Shown here: in pieces, positions 57,808 through 64,000 of the stretch
Layout: every line of letters starts with the position of its first letter
How positions within the stretch are numbered: position 1 is the first letter of the stretch
NCBI GenBank assembly: GCA_046331125.1
Contig: JAXLRL010000016.1
Coordinates: 930 to 64,929 of the forward strand
Direction: 5' to 3'
Length of the DNA: 64,000 nt
From: Acidimicrobiia bacterium
Lineage (GTDB): Bacteria > Actinomycetota > Acidimicrobiia > IMCC26256 > DASPTH01
Program-made: the position numbers and the translations under genes
The notes under the pieces: model-generated
What the model was told of the DNA's origin: nothing
What the model saw: only the letters and a program-made list of their open reading frames with translations
Database searches by the model: none

Positions 57808-58305
57808 CTACTGGCGGGTGCGGGCGAGCTGCAGGTCGATCGCGTCGATCACCCCGAACAGCTGGCGGCGCTGGGCCGAGACCTCGTGCTCGAGCTCCCG
57901 CAGGCCCTCGATCGCGCTCCGGACGTCGTCGTCGCCGAGGAGGGTGACGTTGGCGAGCACGCCGTCGAAGCGGGCGAGGTCGGGGGCCCACTCGCTGTCG
58001 CGCTCGGGCGCCATCTGCTGCGGGATGCGGCTGGTGGCCGGGTTCCCGCGGGGACCGCTGTCGGCCAGGATGCGCGGGAGGTCGTCGATGAGGTCGCCGA
58101 GGGTCTTGCCGCTGGCGCGCCGGTCGAGCTCCGCCTCGAGGATGTCGATGCGGGCCTGCGTGAGGCGCCGCACGTACGACACCTCGGTCTCGAGCTCGAG
58201 GCACTCGGCGTGCTTGGTGCGCAGTTCGGCCTCGGGGAGACCCTCGAGCCCGCTGCTGTAGGCGGGATCGAGGACCCGGGCGCTGCGAGGGTGGCGTGCG
58301 GCCAT
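57808..58305 (-). CDS. RsiG-like coiled-coil protein (candidate c-di-GMP-binding anti-sigma)
   Basis: E39-x3-S-x2-R-x3-Q-x3-D54 (ETEVSYVRRLTQARID), and a second copy exactly 100 residues later with F in place of Q (EHEVSAQRRQLFGVID). Confidence 0.45.
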   Translation of the reverse strand: MAARHPRSARVLDPAYSSGLEGLPEAELRTKHAECLELETEVSYVRRLTQARIDILEAELDRRASGKTLGDLIDDLPRILADSGPRGNPATSRIPQQMAPERDSEWAPDLARFDGVLANVTLLGDDDVRSAIEGLRELEHEVSAQRRQLFGVIDAIDLQLARTRQ

Positions 58306-58342
58306 GTGGTGTGCCTCCGGTGCGACTGCCGAGGTTGTCGCC

Positions 58343-59422
58343 TCAGCAGCCTGCCGACTTGAGCGAAGGATAGGGATCCGTGCGCGATCCGTTCGGACCG
58401 CCGACGCGGATCTCGAAGTGCAGGTGCGGGGCGCTGGCGTTGCCCGTCATGCCCGTCAGGCCGATGATCTCACCCTGGGAGACCTGGCGTTCGCCACCCA
58501 CGTACTGGGAGAAGTGCGCGTAGTAGTAGGTGTTGCCGTCGGTGGCGTCGATGTAGGCCTCGTTGCCGCCGGCGCCGTCGTTCGGCATGAACCAGAGCTT
58601 GCCGGCCTTGACCGCGACCGCCGGCGTCCCGGTGGGCACGAACATGTCGATGCCGGGGTGGCCGGTGGGGCCGCCGTAGTCGTCGCTGTAGGCGGCCCCG
58701 GCCACCGGGCACTGGAACGGTCCGGAGACGGGGTTGGCGATGATCTGGCCGACGCCGCCGTTGCTCACGGCCTGCTGCGCTGCCAGAGCGGCCTTCTCCT
58801 TCTCGAGCTCCGCCTTGCGGGCCGCCTCGGCCTGCGCGATCTCGGCGTCGAGCTTGGCCTGGAGCTGGTCGACGGCCTGCTGCACGTCGGCCTGCTTCGA
58901 CTGGAGGTCCTTGAGCTTGGCGTCGGCCTGGGCGCTCGCGGCCTTCTGGGTGGCCTCTTCCTTCTGGAGCTCCTGCTCCTGCTGCTTGAGGTCGGCGGTG
59001 AGCGCCGCCAACTGCTTCACGACGTCGTTGTCGGTCTGGTTGGCGTGGTCGAGCAGCTGCTGCCGCCGGATCGCGTCGATCGCGGACGACCCGTCGAGGA
59101 GGTTCTCGAGGTCGTTGGAGTTCGAGTGGACGTAGGCGAAGAGCGCCCGCTGGCGGGCGACGTCGCGCAGGGTGGCGGCCTTCGCCTTGCCGGCGGCGAT
59201 CTGGTTGCCCAACTGCTCGATGTGCTGCTCGGTGGCCGCGAGCTTCTGGTCGGCCTCGGAGAACTCGGAGGCGGCCTGGTTCGCGGCGTCGCGGGCGTCC
59301 GCCAGCGACTGCCGCGCGGCGTCGAGGTCGCCCTGGGTGTCGGCGCCGGCGGCGGTGCCCACCGCTGCCACCAGGAGGAGCCCGGCAAGCGCGACGGCGA
59401 GCAGACGACGGGCGGGACGCAT
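58343..59422 (-). CDS. Secreted coiled-coil M23 (LytM-type) peptidoglycan endopeptidase
   Basis: MRPARRLLAVALAGLLLVAAVGTAAGA signal peptide, a long Q/A/K-rich coiled coil, then HPGIDMF...YYYAHF...APHLHFEI. Confidence 0.8.
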   Translation of the reverse strand: MRPARRLLAVALAGLLLVAAVGTAAGADTQGDLDAARQSLADARDAANQAASEFSEADQKLAATEQHIEQLGNQIAAGKAKAATLRDVARQRALFAYVHSNSNDLENLLDGSSAIDAIRRQQLLDHANQTDNDVVKQLAALTADLKQQEQELQKEEATQKAASAQADAKLKDLQSKQADVQQAVDQLQAKLDAEIAQAEAARKAELEKEKAALAAQQAVSNGGVGQIIANPVSGPFQCPVAGAAYSDDYGGPTGHPGIDMFVPTGTPAVAVKAGKLWFMPNDGAGGNEAYIDATDGNTYYYAHFSQYVGGERQVSQGEIIGLTGMTGNASAPHLHFEIRVGGPNGSRTDPYPSLKSAGC

Positions 59423-59632
59423 GTGGCGGGGGCGACTCCGGGGCGGGGACAGGGCGCATCCGGGGAGCGAACCGGGTTCGAACTCCGGGGGGATCGGGGA
59501 ACGGTAGCAGCTACCTTGAACGTTGGGGTGTAGGCCAGGGTACGGCCGACAGCACGTGCGAAATCCGTCCGAACCGGCACGAAACGTTCGAGAAGCCGAC
59601 CACGACGACCACGACACGACGAGGAGCACGAC

Positions 59633-60247
59633 ATGCCCCGCTACGAACTGCCCGAGCTCGACTACGACGTCGCCGCGCTGGAGCCGCACCTCTCGGCCCG
59701 CATCGTGGAGCTCCACCACGACAAGCACCATGCCGCCTACGTCGCCGGCGCCAACGCCACGCTGGAGAAGCTGGCGGAAGCCCGCGAATCGGGCGAATTC
59801 GCCACGATCAACCAGCTGGAGAAGAACCTGGCCTTCCACGTGTCGGGCCACGTCCTCCACTCACTCCTCTGGAAGAACATGTCGCCCGACGGCGGCGGCA
59901 CGCCCGAGGGCGAGCTCGCGGCAGCCGTCGACGAGTCGTTCGGGTCCTTCGACGCCTTCCGCAAGCAGTTCGACGAGGCCGCCATGGGCGTGCAGGGTTC
60001 GGGCTGGGCCGCGCTCGCCTGGGAGCCCACCGGCGGCCTGCTCGTCGTCGAGCAGGTGTACGACCACCAGAGCAACCTCGCGCAGGGCGCGCCCCCGCTC
60101 CTCGTGCTCGACATGTGGGAGCACGCGTTCTACCTGCAGTACGAGAACGTGAAGGGCGACTGGGTCAAGGCGTTCTGGAACCTCGTCAACTGGCCCGACG
60201 TCGCCGCCCGGTTCGCCGCCGCGCGATCGCTCGGCGCACTCGTCTGA
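59633..60247 (+). CDS. sodA: Fe/Mn superoxide dismutase
   Basis: [23 protein letters not shown]...[11 protein letters not shown]. 204 aa. Confidence 0.9.
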   Translation: MPRYELPELDYDVAALEPHLSARIVELHHDKHHAAYVAGANATLEKLAEARESGEFATINQLEKNLAFHVSGHVLHSLLWKNMSPDGGGTPEGELAAAVDESFGSFDAFRKQFDEAAMGVQGSGWAALAWEPTGGLLVVEQVYDHQSNLAQGAPPLLVLDMWEHAFYLQYENVKGDWVKAFWNLVNWPDVAARFAAARSLGALV

Positions 60248-60411
60248 TCCACCCCGGGAACCGGTCGTCATCCCACGACCACGAACCCGCGTCACGAGCA
60301 GGCATCGTGGCGCGCGGTTCGGATAGCCTGCGCGCGAAGTACGCCTAGGACGGCGCCGGGTGCTGCACACAGGTGCAGTGCGGCCGGCGCGTGGGGAAGG
60401 GGAGCCGGGTC

Positions 60412-60887
60412 GTGAGCGTGTACCTGCCGATCCTCATCATGATCGTGCTGGTGTTCCTCTTCGCGGCCGGATCGTTCGTGGCGTCGACGTTCCTCGCGCC
60501 CGGCGGCCGACCTCCGCGAAGGAAGCCCCGTACGAGTGCGGCATCGTGCCGGAGTACGAGCCGGCCGAGCGCTTCCCGGTGAAGTTCTACCTGGTCGCGA
60601 TGGCCTTCATCGTCCTCGACGTGGAGATCATCTTCCTCTATCCGTTCACCACGATCCTGCGCAGCCTCGGCGCGTACGGCCTGCTGATCATGGGCTTCTT
60701 CCTGCTCGTGCTGCTCGTGCCGTTCGCCTACCTGCTCTCCACCGGCGCGCTCGACTGGGGTCCGGTGAAGCAGGTCGTGTCGCGTGCCGGCACCACCATC
60801 CTGCGCGCCGCCGGCGCGCCCGGTCGCGACGGTCTCGACCCGGCCGACGTCGCCGCCGCCCGTGACGAGTCCGGGAAGGCCGCGTAG
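60412..60887 (+). pseudogene. nuoA: NADH-quinone oxidoreductase subunit A, single frameshift at the C-run 60499-60501
   Basis: GTG 60412 after GGGGAAGGGGAG. VSVYLPILIMIVLVFLFAAGSFVASTFLAP lies in ORF 60373..60582. KEAPYECGIVPEYE...FYLVAMAFIVLDVEIIFLYP lies in ORF 60360..60887. Confidence 0.8.
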
Positions 60888-61430
60888 ATGGGGCTCGAAG
60901 CCGTTCCGCACAACTTCCTCACGGGGAAGGTGGAAGACCTCGTCAAGTGGGCGCAGCGCAACTCGGTGTGGCCCGCCACCTTCGGTCTCGCCTGTTGCGC
61001 GATCGAGATGATGGCCGCCGGCGCCGCGCACTACGACCTCTCGCGCTGGGGCATGGAGATCTTCCGTGCGAGTCCGCGTCAGGCCGACCTCATGATCGTC
61101 GCCGGCCGTGTCAGCCAGAAGATGGCGCCGGTGCTCCGCCAGGTCTACGACCAGATGGTCGAGCCCAAGTGGGTCATCTCGATGGGCGTCTGCGCGAGCA
61201 GCGGCGGCATGTTCAACAACTACGCGATCGTGCAGGGCGTCGACCAGATCGTCCCCGTCGACGTCTACGTGCCGGGGTGCCCGCCCGGGCCCGAGACGCT
61301 CATGCACGGCATCCTCACCCTCGGCGAGGAGATCAAGAGCGGCGAGATCATGAAGCGCCGCGCCGCCTCCCGCAGCGGTGGTGCCGAGATCACGATCGAC
61401 CAGCGCGACGGCGTCCCGTCCGCCGTCTGA
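60888..61430 (+). CDS. nuoB: NADH-quinone oxidoreductase subunit B
   Basis: [20 protein letters not shown] cluster N2 cysteines. Confidence 0.9.
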   Translation: MGLEAVPHNFLTGKVEDLVKWAQRNSVWPATFGLACCAIEMMAAGAAHYDLSRWGMEIFRASPRQADLMIVAGRVSQKMAPVLRQVYDQMVEPKWVISMGVCASSGGMFNNYAIVQGVDQIVPVDVYVPGCPPGPETLMHGILTLGEEIKSGEIMKRRAASRSGGAEITIDQRDGVPSAV

Positions 61431-61446
61431 GGGACCCGAGCGCGAG

Positions 61447-62016
61447 ATGCCCGACGAGAACACCGAAGCTCGTGAAGAAGATCACGAGGTGGAGCCCGAG
61501 CCCGAGCCCATCTCCGACGACGTCGCCGCCGCGGTCGCCGAGAAGTTCCCCGGCACCGTGTTCGTGGAGTCGCACGGCCAGGCCGTCGTCCACGTCGAGC
61601 GCGAGTCGTGGCACGCGGTCGGCGCGTTCCTGCGCGACGAGCAGCGCTTCACGCAGTGCATGGACGTCACCGCGGTCGACCACCTGCGCAGCGAGGGCCG
61701 CTTCCTCCCCGGCGCGGTCGCGCCCGAGCGGTTCGAGGTCGTCGCCAACTACCTGTCGCACCCGCGCAACCGCCGGCTGCGCGTGATCACGCAGGTGCCG
61801 GCCGACGACACCACCATCGCGAGCCTCGTCGACCTCTACCCCGGCCTGGCGTTCGCCGAGCGCGAGGTGTGGGACCTCCTCGGCATCTCCTTCGAGGGCC
61901 ACGACGACCTCACCCGCATCCTGATGCCCGACGACTGGCCCGACCACCCCCTGCGCAAGGACGACCTGCCGGCGCGGGTGCCGGTCACGTTCAAGGGAGA
62001 CCCGAGCCCCCGATGA
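61447..62016 (+). CDS. nuoC: NADH-quinone oxidoreductase subunit C
   Basis: ATG 61447. FAEREVWDLLGISFEGHDDLTRILMPDDW. Confidence 0.9.
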   Translation: MPDENTEAREEDHEVEPEPEPISDDVAAAVAEKFPGTVFVESHGQAVVHVERESWHAVGAFLRDEQRFTQCMDVTAVDHLRSEGRFLPGAVAPERFEVVANYLSHPRNRRLRVITQVPADDTTIASLVDLYPGLAFAEREVWDLLGISFEGHDDLTRILMPDDWPDHPLRKDDLPARVPVTFKGDPSPR

Positions 62017-63338
62017 GCGAACGAGTCGACAGCCCGAGCCCGGTCGCCGAGCAGTCCGCCGAGCAGCGGCGACTGGAAGCGCAGACCGACGAGGGCGCGC
62101 AGCTCCTGCGTCCCCTCACCGGGGAGGCCGCGGAGAAGGAACTGGTGTTGACGGGCGGGCCGTGGCCCGACCTCGACGACACCATGATCATCAACATGGG
62201 GCCGCAGCACCCGTCCACGCACGGTGTGCTCCGCATCATGATGGAGCTCAACGGCGAGACGGTGCTGCGCGCCAAGCCGGTCATCGGTTACCTGCACACC
62301 GGCATGGAGAAGACGGCCGAGGAGCTGTCGTACGTGCAGGGCTGCACCAACGTCACCCGCATGGACTACGCGTCGCCGTTGTCGAACGAGCTCGCCTTCT
62401 CGCTCGCGACCGAGCAGCTGCTCGACCTCGAGCTCCCCGAGCGTGCGACGTGGATCCGCATGCTCATGGTCGAGCTCAACCGCATGTCGTCGCACCTCCT
62501 GTTCCAGGCCACGAACGGCATGGACGTCGGTGCGCTCTCGATGATGATCTACGGCTGGCGTGAGCGCGAGCGTGCGCTGCGCGTGCTCGAGATGATCACC
62601 GGCCTGCGGATGAACCACAACTACATCCGCCCCGGTGGAGTCGCCGCCGACCTGCCCGACGGCTGGCAGGAGGAAGTGCTCGAGCTCTGCGACTTCGTCG
62701 AGGAGGGCGTGCGCGAGTACGACGAGCTGCTCACCGACAACCCGATCTTCCGCGAGCGCACCGTCGGCGTCGGTGTCATCACCACCGAAGAGGCGCTCGC
62801 GCTCGGCGCCACCGGGCCGATCCTGCGCTCCACCGGCTTCGCCTGGGACCTGCGCCGCGCGCAGCCGTACCTCGCCTACGACGACGTCGACTTCGACGTG
62901 ATCTACACGCAGAACGGCGACGTCTTCGACCGCTACCAGATCCGGCTCTACGAGATCCTCGAGTCGGTGAAGATCGTGCGCCAGTGCGTGGAGAAGATGC
63001 CCAAGGGCGACTACCGCGTCCAGGACCGCAAGGTCACCCCGCCGCCGCGCGCTCGCATCGACGAGTCGATGGAGGCGCTGATCCACCACTTCAAGCTCTT
63101 CACGGAGGGCTTCCGCGTCCCGCCGGGCGAGACCTACTCGGTGGTCGAGTCACCTCGTGGCGAGATCGGCTGCTACCTCGTGTCTGACGGCTCGCCGAAG
63201 CCGGTGCGCATGCACATCCGGGGCCCGTCCTTCTACAACCTCCAGTCGATGGACGCGATGGTGCCGGGCTGCATGTTCGCCGACGCCGTGGCGATCGTGT
63301 CGAGCATCGACCCGATCATGGGGGAGGTCGACCGCTAG
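62013..63338 (+). CDS. nuoD: NADH-quinone oxidoreductase subunit D
   Basis: ATGA overlap with nuoC. NMGPQHPSTHGVLR...IGYLHTGMEK...DPIMGEVDR. Confidence 0.9.
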   Translation: MSERVDSPSPVAEQSAEQRRLEAQTDEGAQLLRPLTGEAAEKELVLTGGPWPDLDDTMIINMGPQHPSTHGVLRIMMELNGETVLRAKPVIGYLHTGMEKTAEELSYVQGCTNVTRMDYASPLSNELAFSLATEQLLDLELPERATWIRMLMVELNRMSSHLLFQATNGMDVGALSMMIYGWRERERALRVLEMITGLRMNHNYIRPGGVAADLPDGWQEEVLELCDFVEEGVREYDELLTDNPIFRERTVGVGVITTEEALALGATGPILRSTGFAWDLRRAQPYLAYDDVDFDVIYTQNGDVFDRYQIRLYEILESVKIVRQCVEKMPKGDYRVQDRKVTPPPRARIDESMEALIHHFKLFTEGFRVPPGETYSVVESPRGEIGCYLVSDGSPKPVRMHIRGPSFYNLQSMDAMVPGCMFADAVAIVSSIDPIMGEVDR

Positions 63339-63850
63339 TGCCGTTCACTCCGTCGAATCTCGAGGCCGCCCGCGAACTGATCGCGCGGTACCCGCAGAAG
63401 AAGTCCGCCGTCCTCCCGCTCCTGCACCTCGCGCAGGACCAGGAGGGGTACGTGAGCCCGGAGGCGATCGAAGAGGTCGCCGACCTCCTCGACCTCACGC
63501 CCGCGCTCGTGCTCGGGACGTGCAGCTTCTACACGATGTTCAAGCGCGAGCCGGTCGGCAAGCTCCTCGTGTCGGTGTGCACGAACGTGAGCTGTCTCGT
63601 GAACGGCGGTCCCGACCTGTTGTCGCAGCTCCAGCACCGCTACGCCGACGACACCGACGTCACCGTCGAGGAGGTCGAGTGCGTCGCGGCGTGCGACCTC
63701 GCGCCGGTGCTGCAGGTCAACTACGAGTTCCACGGCCCGCTCACGGGCGAGACCGCTGTCGACCTCATCGAGGCGTACAAGCGTGGCGAGCGCGTGGCCC
63801 GCACGATCTCCGGCACGGCCGTGAAGTCTTCGGGCGGAGGCGCAGCCTGA
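63338..63850 (+). CDS. nuoE: NADH-quinone oxidoreductase subunit E
   Basis: GTG overlaps the nuoD stop. [2Fe-2S] motif CTNVSC...CVAACDLAP. Confidence 0.9.
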   Translation: MPFTPSNLEAARELIARYPQKKSAVLPLLHLAQDQEGYVSPEAIEEVADLLDLTPALVLGTCSFYTMFKREPVGKLLVSVCTNVSCLVNGGPDLLSQLQHRYADDTDVTVEEVECVAACDLAPVLQVNYEFHGPLTGETAVDLIEAYKRGERVARTISGTAVKSSGGGAA

Positions 63851-64000
63851 TGGTCCAGGAAACCCGCATCGTCACCAAGTTCCTGCGGGAGCGCCCCGAC
63901 GACAGCTACACGATCGACGCCGCGCTCGAGAACGGCGCGTACGACGCGCTGCGCAAAGCCCTCACCATGACGCCCGACGAGATCGTCGCCGAGGTCACCA
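63850..64000 (+). CDS. nuoF: NADH-quinone oxidoreductase subunit F (N-terminal fragment, runs off window)
   Basis: ATG overlaps the nuoE TGA. My translation is MVQETRIVTKFLRERPDDSYTIDAALENGAYDALRKAL. Confidence 0.8.
   Translation, partial: MVQETRIVTKFLRERPDDSYTIDAALENGAYDALRKALTMTPDEIVAEVT

Noticed and set aside
59423-59632. Short AACGTT-containing palindromes upstream of sodA as a metalloregulator box.
   Set aside because: They are very short, with no match to a regulator consensus I can name with confidence. They could arise by chance.

Overview
A 64-kb, roughly 70% GC, gene-dense chromosomal segment. I read it as a mycothiol-producing actinobacterium because it carries mshA, rex, a TIGR03086/DinB-like gene, proC next to an HTH_17 gene, and a rex-hem operon. 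A class-level guess of Acidimicrobiia-like is inference only. No database search was possible. All functions come from reading the six-frame track and the nucleotides, from motif recognition, and from start/stop geometry.

Layout:
- 1-4.7 kb: a secreted Gly-rich protein plus small enzymes (thioesterase, methyltransferase, CMD, TauD).
- 4.7-15.9 kb: tRNA-Lys(UUU), then a catabolic/uptake block with two P450s, an MDR oxidoreductase, a family III CoA-transferase, a Liv-type ABC importer and an amidohydrolase.
- 16-19.7 kb: a duplicated Zn-metallopeptidase and an OmpR/HK pair.
- 19.7-20.5 kb: a 790-bp non-coding gap with three hairpins carrying C-rich loops, followed by nested repeats.
- 20.5-27.2 kb: DinB-like gene, ald, a GT-C membrane protein, bioD-bioF-bioA and a HIT protein.
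- 27.2-34.7 kb: a metal/redox locus with an ABC-3 importer, an ECF sigma factor and divergent zf-HC2 anti-sigma, CopC-CopD-YtkA, DsbB-like, TlpA-like and Fur. Almost every gene here is broken by frameshifts.
- 34.7-38.2 kb: small regulators and a geranylgeranyl reductase.
- 38.4-44.3 kb: an eight-gene Rieske/split cytochrome b6-type complex with an embedded 2x[4Fe-4S] ferredoxin. This is the most interesting system in the window.
- 44.4-51.6 kb: the rex-sirC-hemA-hemC-cobA/hemD-hemB-hemL operon.
- 51.7-60.3 kb: membrane protein, SAM hydrolase with a coupled micro-ORF, HTH_17, proC, YbjN-like, mshA, an RsiG-like protein, an M23 peptidase and sodA.
- 60.4-64 kb: nuoA-F.

No transposase, integrase, CRISPR array or rRNA was seen. 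Frameshifts occur in clusters, and I argue they are more likely assembly or strain-mixture indels than real gene decay. That needs read-level confirmation.
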